Positions 9,292-18,745 of a stretch of 64,000 nt of DNA are shown here, piece after piece; position 1 is the first letter of the stretch, and each line of letters starts with the position of its first letter. The stretch lies in assembly GCA_017501525.1 (NCBI GenBank), contig JAFVWT010000011.1:131037-195036 (forward strand). The letters run 5' to 3'. The notes beneath the pieces were generated by a model. That model had not been told where the DNA came from, searched no databases, and worked only from the letters and a program-made list of their open reading frames with translations. The translations under genes were made by a program, and so were the position numbers. The DNA comes from Bacteroidales bacterium. Lineage in GTDB: Bacteria; Bacteroidota; Bacteroidia; Bacteroidales; UBA932.

Positions 9292-10500
9292 ATGGAAAGT
9301 ATAAAGGAGATTTTCAAGATAGGAAAGGGCCCCTCAAGCAGTCATACAATGGGACCCAAGAAAGCTGCGGAGATGTTTCGGGGACTTACCCCTGAAGCAT
9401 CTTCGTATGTTATTACGCTATATGGCAGTCTTGCTGCCACAGGAAAAGGACACCTTACGGATGTGGCTCTTTTGGAAACGCTTCAATACGAGAGCAAATG
9501 CCCCACTGAAATTATCTGGAAACCTGAGGAGTTTCTTCCGGAACATCCTAACGGAATGCGATTTGCCGCTTACGATGCTCAGGGCAATCTTATTCTGGAG
9601 AAGGTCTATTTCAGTATTGGAGGAGGTGATATCAGTGAGACAGGCAAGAGGGAGCCTAACAAACATATCTATCCGGATACCAAAATGGCAGATATTTTAG
9701 ATTGGTGCAATAGTCATAACTGCAACTTCTGGGAATATGTAGCCAAATATGAGGAATCAGATATATGGGACTTTCTCAACGAGAGATGGAAGGTGATGAA
9801 AGATGCTATAGAAAGGGGACTTGATGAGGAAGGGGCTCTTCCGGGAGGACTTAATGTCAGGAGGAAGGCTTACTCTTATTATCAACATGCCAAAAGCTAT
9901 CAGACCTCAATGTATAGGCGTGGTTTGATGTTTGCTTTTGCTTTGGCTGTTTCGGAAGAGAATGCTGCAGGGGGTATTATTGTGACGGCCCCTACTTGTG
10001 GTTCTTGTGGGGTCTTGCCGGCTACGATGAATTTGATACACACCTGCTATGAGTATTCTGACAAAAAGATTCTTAAGGCGATGGCTACGGCAGGTCTGAT
10101 TGGCTCCATCATTAAGGAGAATGCTTCAATCTCAGGGGCAGAAGTGGGCTGTCAGGGAGAAGTGGGTTCGGCTTGTGCAATGGCTTCAGCAGCTGTTACC
10201 CAACTCTTTGGAGGTACTCCATCACAGGTCGAGTGTGCAGCTTCAATCGGTATGGAGCATTTTCTCGGCCTGACTTGCGATCCTGTATGTGGATTGGTCC
10301 AAATACCTTGCATAGAACGAAATGCTTTTGCTGCGGCGAGGGTTATGGATGCCACCCAATACTCGTTGATGTCAGATGGTCGTCACATGGTAAGTTTTGA
10401 TACAGTAATAGAAGCGATGAAGCAGACCGGACACGACTTGCCAAATCTTTATAAGGAAACTTCTCAGGGGGGACTTGCCTTTTTGGTGAAAAACAAATAA
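9292..10500 (+). CDS. sdaA: L-serine ammonia-lyase (iron-sulfur dependent, single-chain form)
   Basis: The N-terminus FKIGKGPSSSHTMGP is a hallmark of the beta domain. The alpha domain carries the Cys ligands (APTCGSCG, CQGEVGSAC). The start is moved from the TTG at 9271 to the ATG at 9292 because the -7 box sits inside the longer ORF. Confidence 0.9.
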   Translation: MESIKEIFKIGKGPSSSHTMGPKKAAEMFRGLTPEASSYVITLYGSLAATGKGHLTDVALLETLQYESKCPTEIIWKPEEFLPEHPNGMRFAAYDAQGNLILEKVYFSIGGGDISETGKREPNKHIYPDTKMADILDWCNSHNCNFWEYVAKYEESDIWDFLNERWKVMKDAIERGLDEEGALPGGLNVRRKAYSYYQHAKSYQTSMYRRGLMFAFALAVSEENAAGGIIVTAPTCGSCGVLPATMNLIHTCYEYSDKKILKAMATAGLIGSIIKENASISGAEVGCQGEVGSACAMASAAVTQLFGGTPSQVECAASIGMEHFLGLTCDPVCGLVQIPCIERNAFAAARVMDATQYSLMSDGRHMVSFDTVIEAMKQTGHDLPNLYKETSQGGLAFLVKNK

Positions 10501-10531
10501 ATTGCTATTTTCGCAAAATAATAACGTTTAT

Positions 10532-11173
10532 ATGAGGAGAAAGATATTCTTATTTGCCGTAATACTATTTTCGGTGCTGACCATGAGAGCTTCAGATGCT
10601 TCAGACTCATCATCGGATAGATCTTCCTCATGGCGTTTCGGAATAAAAGGGGGACTTAATGTTGCGACATTGGGCAATCTGAGCCATCCTTCCATCTCAG
10701 AAGATTTTTCCTCTTTTGTCGGTTTCAGTGCCGGTGTGGTTACCAGTTTTTCGCTACCGGTTCAGGGAATGACTATTCAGCCGGAGCTTTATTATCTCTC
10801 AAACGGATTTAAGGTATCATCAGATAATTTTTCCATTGGTTATCTCCATTTGCCAATCAATTTGCAGGTCGGGCTTGATTTGATTTTGTTGCGTCCGTTT
10901 CTTATGGTCTCACCATATATCAGTTATGCTTTGTACAATTCGTCAGATAATTCATGGACTTCCCTTAACAGATTTGACTATGGTATCGGTGTGGGAGGCG
11001 GTATTGATTTCTGGAGGATGCAACTTCAGGTAAAATATAATTGGAGTTTTGCCAGATCGGTAGAGTTCCCAATGGTGTATGATGAAGTATCTCTCACTTC
11101 GGGAGGTGGTACCGGAGGAGACTTCTACGGGAGCAACAGAAATCTGGAAGTATCACTTGTATTCTTTTTTTAA
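10532..11173 (+). CDS. outer membrane beta-barrel protein (OMP_b-brl_2/porin-family like)
   Basis: Signal peptide, S/D-rich linker, alternating beta-strand pattern and a C-terminal ...SLVFFF. Paralogous to 11607-12254. Confidence 0.65.
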   Translation: MRRKIFLFAVILFSVLTMRASDASDSSSDRSSSWRFGIKGGLNVATLGNLSHPSISEDFSSFVGFSAGVVTSFSLPVQGMTIQPELYYLSNGFKVSSDNFSIGYLHLPINLQVGLDLILLRPFLMVSPYISYALYNSSDNSWTSLNRFDYGIGVGGGIDFWRMQLQVKYNWSFARSVEFPMVYDEVSLTSGGGTGGDFYGSNRNLEVSLVFFF

Positions 11174-11191
11174 TAAATAATATTTACAGTT

Positions 11192-11506
11192 ATGTTAACA
11201 ATTAATGATTCAAATTTTGAGGAATTGGTAATTAAGTCAGAAATTCCTGTATTGTTGGATTTTTGGGCTCCCTGGTGCGGTCCATGTAAAATGCTCTCTC
11301 CAATTGTGGACGAGTTGGCTCAGGAGTATGAAGGAAAGTGGCTTATTGCAAAAGTGAATGTGGACGATTGCTCAGAAGTTCCTATGAAATATGGCATCAG
11401 AAACATCCCTACATTGCTATTCTTCAAAGGTGGTGAATTGAAGGACAAAATGGTCGGTTCAACCACAAAGGGTGCTATTGTTCAAAAAATGGCCTCTATC
11501 GAGTAA
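11192..11506 (+). CDS. trxA: thioredoxin
   Basis: 104 aa with the WCGPC active site. Canonical thioredoxin length and pattern. Confidence 0.92.
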   Translation: MLTINDSNFEELVIKSEIPVLLDFWAPWCGPCKMLSPIVDELAQEYEGKWLIAKVNVDDCSEVPMKYGIRNIPTLLFFKGGELKDKMVGSTTKGAIVQKMASIE

Positions 11507-11515
11507 AACGACTTA

Positions 11516-11551
11516 GGGGTAGTCAGCCGTAGAGGTTGATACCCCTTTTTT
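11516..11551 (+). terminator. rho-independent terminator after trxA
   Basis: ggggta...tacccc stem followed by TTTTTT. Confidence 0.7.
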
Positions 11552-11606
11552 CTTGAAAATTTCATTCTTGGTAGTATTATAGTAACACCAAATAAATTTT
11601 ACAGAT

Positions 11607-12254
11607 ATGAAAAAAACTTTATCGACAATTACCGTAATTATTTTGGCAGCAGTGATGGCTGTTGGTGCTAGTGCTCAGGATAAGATGATTAGTTTTGGAG
11701 CTAAAGCCGGTTTGAATTTTACCAATATGACAGGCCTTAAGGATCTGAAGAATTCAGGTTTCCTTAAAACCTATACCGGTTTCAATATCGGAGGGGTGAT
11801 GAATATCAATCTTCCATTAGGTTTTGAAGTTCAGCCTGAGTTATTATATGTTCAGACAGGTGTGAAATCTCTCGATGTGGAGGGTTCAATGGCTACAGGA
11901 ACCAAGACAATAAAACCTTATAGAACAGGTTCATTGAGGCTCCCTGTAAATGTTCATTGGGGTTTTGATATTTTGGGAGTTGTCAAACCTTATGTATTGG
12001 TCTCTCCTTATATTGGTTGTGCATTGTTCCAAAATGGAACCTACCTCTCTGAAAAGGTTATGGGCGAGGACTGGAGCAGATTCCAGTATGGTGTAGGCCT
12101 TGGTTTTGGCGTCAAAGTGTGGAAGATTCAAGCCTCTTTCAAATGGAATTGGGAGTTGAACGATCCATTCAAAGTTGATTATTCTGAAGTGATCGAGCAA
12201 GTCAAAGCAGCTAAATTCAATGGCGGAGAGATTTCTGTCGCATTCTTATTTTAA
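11607..12254 (+). CDS. outer membrane beta-barrel protein (OMP_b-brl_2/porin-family like)
   Basis: Signal peptide (ASAQ cleavage context), beta-strand periodicity and a C-terminal ISVAFLF. Paralogue of 10532-11173. Confidence 0.65.
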   Translation: MKKTLSTITVIILAAVMAVGASAQDKMISFGAKAGLNFTNMTGLKDLKNSGFLKTYTGFNIGGVMNINLPLGFEVQPELLYVQTGVKSLDVEGSMATGTKTIKPYRTGSLRLPVNVHWGFDILGVVKPYVLVSPYIGCALFQNGTYLSEKVMGEDWSRFQYGVGLGFGVKVWKIQASFKWNWELNDPFKVDYSEVIEQVKAAKFNGGEISVAFLF

Positions 12255-12266
12255 TCATCTTGAATA

Positions 12267-13268
12267 ATGGACAATATATCCGAAATCAAAAAAAATATTG
12301 CAGAACCCTGGAGTCACTTTGAGCAATTGCTCAGCAGTACTTTGGAGTCAAGAAGTGTTTTACTTAACAGGATTAATGCATATCTTTTCGATACTTCGGG
12401 TAAACAGATAAGACCTCTGCTCGCTTTTGTCAGTGCAATGGCGGGCAGTGGTGTTATAAATGAAAAGACTGTAGCTTGTGCCACAGCTTCCGAATTGATT
12501 CACACAGCAAGTCTCCTTCACGACGATGTAGTGGATAATAGTGAACAGAGGCGTGGTAACAAAACTGTCTGCAAGTTGTTTTCTCCTGGAGCATCAATTC
12601 TTATTGGAGACTTTTGGCTCACTCGAGCCTTGTCGTTGCTACTTGAACGGCAATGTCCAAATGAGGTTCTGAGGTGTTATGCCGGGACTTTGGAAGAACT
12701 TGCCGAAGGGGAGATGATGCAGATGGATTCTGCAGACTCCCTAACAACTACAGAAGAAGATTATTTCAATATAATACAAAGGAAGACCGGGTCATTGTTT
12801 GTCGCCTCTGTCAGATGTGCCGCAATAGTCTCCGGTGCCTCCCCTCAGATAATCCAGGCCCTTACTGAGTATGCTCACCATTTGGGAATCTCATTCCAGG
12901 TGAGGGACGATATTATTGATTATTATCCATCCTCCCAGACCGGAAAGGATAGTGGATGTGATATTGAGGAGAGGAAAATAACCATGCCCCTATTATGTGC
13001 AATGGGTAGCGCTCCCTCTCAAGAAGAGGATATAAGAAATATAATGAGCAGGATAGTTCCTTTTCCCACAAATGCAGAAGATGAGAGACAAAATAAAATA
13101 CTTATAGAACGTGTGCAAAACTTCGTCTATAAGTATAATGGTCTTGAATTGGCAAAGGAAAGACTTCGCGAAATCCTTTATGCTGCCAAGGCTGCACTTG
13201 CTCCCCTTTGTGATTCTTATTATAAGGAGGCTTTGTTCCGAATTGCCGATTCTCTATTACTTGCGTAA
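12267..13268 (+). CDS. polyprenyl diphosphate synthase (trans-IPPS, long-chain type)
   Basis: Two Asp-rich motifs: LLHDDVVDNSEQRRG and FQVRDDIIDY. Confidence 0.85.
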   Translation: MDNISEIKKNIAEPWSHFEQLLSSTLESRSVLLNRINAYLFDTSGKQIRPLLAFVSAMAGSGVINEKTVACATASELIHTASLLHDDVVDNSEQRRGNKTVCKLFSPGASILIGDFWLTRALSLLLERQCPNEVLRCYAGTLEELAEGEMMQMDSADSLTTTEEDYFNIIQRKTGSLFVASVRCAAIVSGASPQIIQALTEYAHHLGISFQVRDDIIDYYPSSQTGKDSGCDIEERKITMPLLCAMGSAPSQEEDIRNIMSRIVPFPTNAEDERQNKILIERVQNFVYKYNGLELAKERLREILYAAKAALAPLCDSYYKEALFRIADSLLLA

Positions 13269-13931
13269 TCTCCATTTGGCATAGGTTATCGCCATCCCTT
13301 TTGCGAGAAACTGCTTTTCATAGAATGTCTTGACAGAGAGAATGTCATCATTATCAGCCCTTTTTGTGCCGTAGATGTCATTATTGGCTTCAATCAGAAT
13401 ATGGTTTTCATCTTCAATTGTTTCCAACGTATATTCATGCAGTAATTGGCTGTCTGTCTTAAGATGGATTACGCCATCATCCTTCAGGATATGGGAGTAT
13501 CTTTCCAGAAACAGAGGTGAAGACAATCTCTTCCTGGGTTTGTTGGGCTGTGGGTCTGAGAAGGTCAGCCAGATTTCTGAGACTTCACCCTGTGAGAAAA
13601 TAGAATCGATAAACTCTATTCTTGTTCTGAGAAATGCTACATTCTTAAGACCATTTTCGGTAGCATATTTTGCCCCTTTCCATAATCTTGCCCCTTTGAT
13701 ATCTACCCCGATATAATTGTTTTTGGGAAATTTTTCGGCGAGTGCAATGGTATACTCTCCTTTTCCGCATCCCAATTCCAAAATAATGGGGTTGTCGTTT
13801 CCAAAGATTTCTTTTCCCCAATTACCTTTAATGGGATGATCTTTCCGGAATACCTCAGCGGTAGTTGGCTGGAGTAAGTTGTCAAAGGTTTCGTTTTCTC
13901 TGAATTTTTTAAGTTTATCTTTTCCGCTCAT
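13257..13931 (-). CDS. trmB: tRNA (guanine46-N7)-methyltransferase
   Basis: 224 aa. SAM motif ILELGCGKGEYT, plus FSDPQP and KTD motifs typical of TrmB. Confidence 0.85.
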   Translation of the reverse strand: MSGKDKLKKFRENETFDNLLQPTTAEVFRKDHPIKGNWGKEIFGNDNPIILELGCGKGEYTIALAEKFPKNNYIGVDIKGARLWKGAKYATENGLKNVAFLRTRIEFIDSIFSQGEVSEIWLTFSDPQPNKPRKRLSSPLFLERYSHILKDDGVIHLKTDSQLLHEYTLETIEDENHILIEANNDIYGTKRADNDDILSVKTFYEKQFLAKGMAITYAKWRLRK

Positions 13932-14434
13932 TGTTCTTTTTCAGGTATTGTTATAGTTTCTATTCCTGCTCCGATCACATTTTCTATGTTTGGAATATAT
14001 AGTTCTATTTTCCATAAACCATATTCTACAGGACGGATGTTACTTCTATACAATGCTTTTGTATCGTAATATTCTGATGATTCGGACAATTGCATAACCA
14101 ATTGCCCTCCTTGTTCCTCCTGTTCTGCTATATACTTCTTGATATTTGCTAAATTGCCTTCCAGCTGCAGAGTTTCAGACCCTTTTAACCCGGAAGGGGA
14201 AGTGACAGTTATTGTTGCCGGGAGTTTGCTTTGGTCATAGTGGTAATTATAGCGCATATAAAGATATACATCGTATGTGGCGGTGGAATCGTTCATTTCT
14301 ATCTGGAATGATACCACATTCCCCTGTTCTGCATTGAATTGTGCAAATGAGAACTCCGATTTTTGGCTATTGCTGAGGCATCCACTTATCAAGGTGGAAA
14401 ACAACACTATGATAGCTAATACTCTATTATTCAT
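13928..14434 (-). CDS. gldH: GldH-like lipoprotein
   Basis: Lipobox LISGCLS, about 168 aa. Position downstream of PSP1/RicT and near holB matches the Bacteroidetes gldH neighbourhood as I recall it. The start is set at the internal ATG at 14434; the longer ORF is an artefact of the K-rich tail of the upstream gene. Confidence 0.5.
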   Translation of the reverse strand: MNNRVLAIIVLFSTLISGCLSNSQKSEFSFAQFNAEQGNVVSFQIEMNDSTATYDVYLYMRYNYHYDQSKLPATITVTSPSGLKGSETLQLEGNLANIKKYIAEQEEQGGQLVMQLSESSEYYDTKALYRSNIRPVEYGLWKIELYIPNIENVIGAGIETITIPEKEQ

Positions 14435-15614
14435 TATTTTGGGGTTTGGGTGGGCGCTGTTGTCCTTTCTCCTGGTTTTTGTTGTTTGAGTTTTTTTTCT
14501 TCTTCTTTTTGTTTTTGTTCTTCTTTTTCTCATCAAAACGATTGATATTGTCCTCTCCTATAGAGCTTACAAAATCATTGCTTCTGTCCTCCTGCTCACT
14601 TTTGATGATGGTGGCAGGTTTCTTTCCTGCTTTGTTGTCTGTAAGAATCTGTTTGACTTCCTGTATTGTCAGTGGTATCATATTGGAAAGACTTCCCTCC
14701 TGGTATGAGAACCACATGACTCCTTTTAGAATATCTGTTTTTATGAGAAATGCCTGGCCATCCTGAAGTTCCAATGGTGCGTTTACAATTGGAAATCTCC
14801 TGTGGGCATCGATGTATATAGGGGCTTCGTAGTTTATACAGCATTTCAATTTGCTGCATTGACCTGCCAGTTTTTGAGGGTTAAGTGACAAATCCTGGCA
14901 TCTGGCAGCCTGTGTTGATATGGATTGGAAATTATTGATAAACTTCGAGCAGCACAGTTCTCTACCGCATACTCCTATACCACCAATCAGACCGGCTTCC
15001 TGTCTTGCACCGATTTGTTTCATCTCGATTCTGATTTTGAACTCTTCTGCGAAGACTTTGATGAGTTGTCTGAAGTCAACCCTTTCGTCTGCAATGTAGT
15101 AGAAGATCGCTTTTGTTCCGTCACCTTGGTATTCTACGTCACCGATTTTCATATCAAGTCCCATCTCTGAAGCTATCACCCTTGAACGTATCATTGTATG
15201 GTGTTCTTTAGCAATAGCTTCTTGCCATCTTTCAAGGTCGAGAGGACGGGCTTTACGATATATTTTTCTGAATTCCTTTTCCTCAGGGTTAATGTTGTGA
15301 CGTAAAAGCTGGCGTCCTACTATTGCACCCTCTAAGGTGATAATGCCGACATCGTGTCCTGTGGTAGCCTCGACTACTACAAGGTCTCCGGTTTTAAGAA
15401 GTTGTCCGGAGGTGTTTTCATACACCGCCTTGCGGGTATTTTTGAACCTTACCTCATATAGTGTTGCCATTCTTGTGTCATTGATGCCATTGAGCCAATT
15501 GAAATTCTTCAATTTGCAGCATCCGGGACTATATTGGCATAAAAGTTCTCCCTGATCGGTTCTCTCTGTTATACATCCGCGGGAGCAATCATATATTAAT
15601 TTTTTTTCTTCCAT
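14427..15614 (-). CDS. ricT: PSP1 domain protein (RicT/YaaT family) with a Lys-rich C-terminal tail
   Basis: PSP1 core (DVGIITLEG..., IEMKQIGARQEA, Cys cluster GVCGRELCCS...CSKLKCC). A -7 box at 15631-15638 supports the start at 15614. Confidence 0.8.
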   Translation of the reverse strand: MEEKKLIYDCSRGCITERTDQGELLCQYSPGCCKLKNFNWLNGINDTRMATLYEVRFKNTRKAVYENTSGQLLKTGDLVVVEATTGHDVGIITLEGAIVGRQLLRHNINPEEKEFRKIYRKARPLDLERWQEAIAKEHHTMIRSRVIASEMGLDMKIGDVEYQGDGTKAIFYYIADERVDFRQLIKVFAEEFKIRIEMKQIGARQEAGLIGGIGVCGRELCCSKFINNFQSISTQAARCQDLSLNPQKLAGQCSKLKCCINYEAPIYIDAHRRFPIVNAPLELQDGQAFLIKTDILKGVMWFSYQEGSLSNMIPLTIQEVKQILTDNKAGKKPATIIKSEQEDRSNDFVSSIGEDNINRFDEKKKNKNKKKKKKNSNNKNQEKGQQRPPKPQNNE

Positions 15615-15630
15615 AATTGATAATAATCTA

Positions 15631-15638
15631 CAAAGGTA
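15631..15638 (-). promoter_or_regulatory. Bacteroidetes -7 promoter box for ricT
   Basis: Reverse complement reads TACCTTTG, 16 nt upstream of the ATG at 15614. Confidence 0.45.
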
Positions 15639-15753
15639 TGAAAAAAGCAAGTAACTCTGGCAAAGAGTATCTTTAAATTTGCAGTTAAGGGGGAAACTGA
15701 TTCTCCTGACCGGTAATCTTTCTTCTTTCTTGTCTCATATTCCGATGTTTTTT

Positions 15754-15761
15754 TAAATTTG
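15754..15761 (+). promoter_or_regulatory. Bacteroidetes -7 promoter box for holB
   Basis: TAAATTTG lies 22 nt upstream of the ATG at 15784. Confidence 0.45.
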
Positions 15762-15783
15762 CAAAGAATATTTCAAGTCGCAG

Positions 15784-16911
15784 ATGCAGTTTAAGGATGT
15801 TATAGGAAATAGTGAACTTAAAAGGCGCCTTATCAACATGGCTCAAAGTCGCAGAATTGGTCATTCGATAATGTTCGTCGAGCAGGATGGGTGTGGCGCT
15901 TTGCCTATGGCACTTGCTTTTATCCAATATATCTCATGTCAAAACAAGGTTTCTTCGGAGGATTCTTGTGGAGAGTGTCCTATGTGCCAGAAACTTTCCA
16001 AAATGATGCATCCGGACCTACATATTGTTTTTCCTGTCAATGCCACTTCAAAATCGGGTTCTGACAAAAAGCCTATCAGTGACCATTTTCTCACTCAGTG
16101 GAGAAATCTTGTGGAGGCAAATCCTTATTTCTTGGAAAGCCAGTTGTATCAGCAGATTAAGATAGAGGATAAAGTAGGAACAATAAGTGTTGCTCAGGCA
16201 AAGGATATTCTGACTAAGCTCTCCTTAAAATCTTATGAGGGAAACAACAAGTATATGTTGATCTATCTTCCCGAGAGGATGAATACTGAAGCAGCCAATC
16301 GTTTGCTGAAAATAGTGGAGGAACCATCTGATGGAACTTATTTCATATTTGTGACCCATTCGCCTGAGAATGTGTTGGGCACAATCCGCTCACGTTCTCT
16401 TATGGTGAGAGTACATCCTGTTGAAATCCCTCTCCTTTCCCAATATCTTCAGAACAAGTACTCTTTATCAGAGCAGCAGGCCCTCAGCTATGCCCGGTCA
16501 AGCAATGGAAGTGTGGGGCAGGCCATTGTCGCGCTACAACAATCCTCGCAAGGTGTCGAATTCCTCTCTGAGGCGGTGAAAATGATAGGATGTGCTGCTA
16601 AAAAGGATTTGTTGGGGCTTCTGAAAAACAATGAGCAGATTATTGAATTTGGCCGTCAGGCCCAAAAGGAATTCTGTTGCTATCTGCAGCAGCTTCTAAG
16701 AAATATATTGATGTATCAGAATGGTCTGGAGCGAATTTCAAATGCAACTCCCGCGGAGGTTGATGCAATAGAATCGCTATCTAAGGTGGTACCTAAGAAG
16801 AGTATTGAAGGGTGGGTAAAGGCTATTGACAAAACTATTTTTGCGATAGAGAGTAATGTGAACGCCAAAATAGCATTCTGCAATCTCTCTAATTACCTAT
16901 ATGTGGGGTAA
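15784..16911 (+). CDS. holB: DNA polymerase III subunit delta-prime
   Basis: AAA+-like clamp-loader N-terminus (FKDVIGN..., HSIMFVEQDGCGALPMA), zinc module CGECPMC and an SRS-type sensor (TIRSRS). Confidence 0.8.
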   Translation: MQFKDVIGNSELKRRLINMAQSRRIGHSIMFVEQDGCGALPMALAFIQYISCQNKVSSEDSCGECPMCQKLSKMMHPDLHIVFPVNATSKSGSDKKPISDHFLTQWRNLVEANPYFLESQLYQQIKIEDKVGTISVAQAKDILTKLSLKSYEGNNKYMLIYLPERMNTEAANRLLKIVEEPSDGTYFIFVTHSPENVLGTIRSRSLMVRVHPVEIPLLSQYLQNKYSLSEQQALSYARSSNGSVGQAIVALQQSSQGVEFLSEAVKMIGCAAKKDLLGLLKNNEQIIEFGRQAQKEFCCYLQQLLRNILMYQNGLERISNATPAEVDAIESLSKVVPKKSIEGWVKAIDKTIFAIESNVNAKIAFCNLSNYLYVG

Positions 16912-18745
16912 TACTCATTTGGCATAGGGCACAATCAAAGCTGACTTTCAATTTCCTACCGTTATTGACCAATAACAGTGGTAGAGGTTTCTCCCCTTTT
17001 TTTATTTTTGGACAAAGCCCCAGTTCGTGCCTTATACAGTATTTGGTACGCATAAGTTCTGTAGTAGTATCCGGATTCAACTCAAATGCGTCAGTTGCAT
17101 CTATTCCAATTTCATGGTAGAGTTCCTTTGAGAGGTGATTGGCGCAATTAAGGTAATTCTTTCTTTGCGGAGGTATAATCTTATTCTTGTCTATTTCTTC
17201 CCACGGAGCAGTCGGAACAAAAATGTTGTCATTCTCTTCAGGGGGAATTATTACCATATCCTGAGCGAGTTCACTTCGGATGGCATTGAGATTTTTGGCA
17301 GGAATGAATGGTATGTTTTCTCCTGAAATTTTTCTGACTCTGAATTTGAAAAGACCACTGCTTTTACTCAATTGTCCGATTATGTTGTTAAGGGCCAGGT
17401 CTTTGTTTTTTGAGTCCTCACCGCTGATGATGGCTCTTGAACGGACTCCGCTTTGGGCAAATGCTTCAATGATGCACTCATATTGCGCCGTAAAAGTAAT
17501 GTCAAGGTCTACATCTATCAATCTTTTGGGAGTGTTGTTCTCTATCTCTTTTTCAAAGCGGTGGTTGTAATTACGGTAGATTGTAGTCCCTTTGGCAAGG
17601 GAGGTGATGAACTTCGTGGTGATAGTGTTTCCGTTTGCTATATCTGCTCTTACACCCTCTATTTCTCCTGAGGGTGTAACCAGGCAGAGTCCGTCTCCAT
17701 TGTTCAGTTGACCTTTGAAAGTTGTACTTGGTTTAATGGAGAATGTTACAGAATTTTTTGTTCTCTTATCTATAGATGAAATATTGCCTACGAGTTCTCC
17801 AACTCCTTTTGCAATATCCATTGAGGACCATTGGCTGCGAGTCCCATTTATAAAATATTGTGTAAATCCGCGTGAGAATGTAGCTGATGGATTGGGGGTA
17901 AATCCTCCCGTTATTTTCCCGAATGACGCATGAGAATATTTCCCTGAGCTTCTGGCAATCACCTTATCTATCGCATTGCGGTAATGACGGACTATATTTT
18001 TTACATAAGAGATATTCTTCAGGCGTCCCTCTATTTTGAATGAGCATATTCCGGCATCTGCCATCTCCTCTATCTTCTCATCTAAGGCCAGGTCTTTCAA
18101 TGATAGTATGCTTTTGTCTTTAAGAATTGTATTCCCATTGATGTCGAGAAGGTCGTATCTGGAACGACAGGCTTGTATGCAGGAACCCCTATTCGCACTT
18201 CTTCCTGTAAGGTATTGGCTAAGATAGCATTGTCCACTGTAGCTTACGCACAATGCGCCGTGAACAAATGACTCAATTTCGCAATTTACGGCCTCAGAGA
18301 TTTCTTTAATCTGCTCTATGGAGAGTTCTCTTGCAAGAATGATTCTTGGAAATCCCAACGACTCCATGAATCTGGCCTGGGCAACACTCCTTATATTGCA
18401 TTGTGTCGAGGCATGCAATTCTATCGGCGGAAGTTCCATCTTCAGTATGCCCAGATCCTGAATTATAACTGCGTCGACCCCTGCATCGTATGCACTGAAA
18501 ATGGTTTCTCTTGCAGATTCAAGTTCGTGATCGTATAGAATAGTGTTGAGGGTAAGATATATTTTTACACCAAATTGGTGGGCATACTCTACAAGTTTGG
18601 CTATCTCCTCAAAACTGTTGCCTGCATTTTCTCTTGCCCCAAATGATGGGCCTGCTATATATACAGCATCGGCACCGCAATCTATAGCTGCAATGCCGAT
18701 GTCTCTATTTTTAGCCGGAGCCAGTAATTCAAGTTTTACTGACAT
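16889..18745 (-). CDS. peptidase U32 family protein (long form with C-terminal extension)
   Basis: N-terminus LELLAPAKN...AIDCGADAVYIAGP and the motif E.FVHGALCVSYSGQC are typical of U32. Confidence 0.85.
   Translation of the reverse strand: MSVKLELLAPAKNRDIGIAAIDCGADAVYIAGPSFGARENAGNSFEEIAKLVEYAHQFGVKIYLTLNTILYDHELESARETIFSAYDAGVDAVIIQDLGILKMELPPIELHASTQCNIRSVAQARFMESLGFPRIILARELSIEQIKEISEAVNCEIESFVHGALCVSYSGQCYLSQYLTGRSANRGSCIQACRSRYDLLDINGNTILKDKSILSLKDLALDEKIEEMADAGICSFKIEGRLKNISYVKNIVRHYRNAIDKVIARSSGKYSHASFGKITGGFTPNPSATFSRGFTQYFINGTRSQWSSMDIAKGVGELVGNISSIDKRTKNSVTFSIKPSTTFKGQLNNGDGLCLVTPSGEIEGVRADIANGNTITTKFITSLAKGTTIYRNYNHRFEKEIENNTPKRLIDVDLDITFTAQYECIIEAFAQSGVRSRAIISGEDSKNKDLALNNIIGQLSKSSGLFKFRVRKISGENIPFIPAKNLNAIRSELAQDMVIIPPEENDNIFVPTAPWEEIDKNKIIPPQRKNYLNCANHLSKELYHEIGIDATDAFELNPDTTTELMRTKYCIRHELGLCPKIKKGEKPLPLLLVNNGRKLKVSFDCALCQMSITPHIGN

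Noticed and set aside
13928-14536. Longer 202-aa version of the gldH-like ORF with an R/K/T-rich N-terminus
   Set aside because: The extension is the out-of-frame reading of the low-complexity Lys-rich tail of ricT. The internal ATG at 14434 gives a proper lipoprotein signal peptide.
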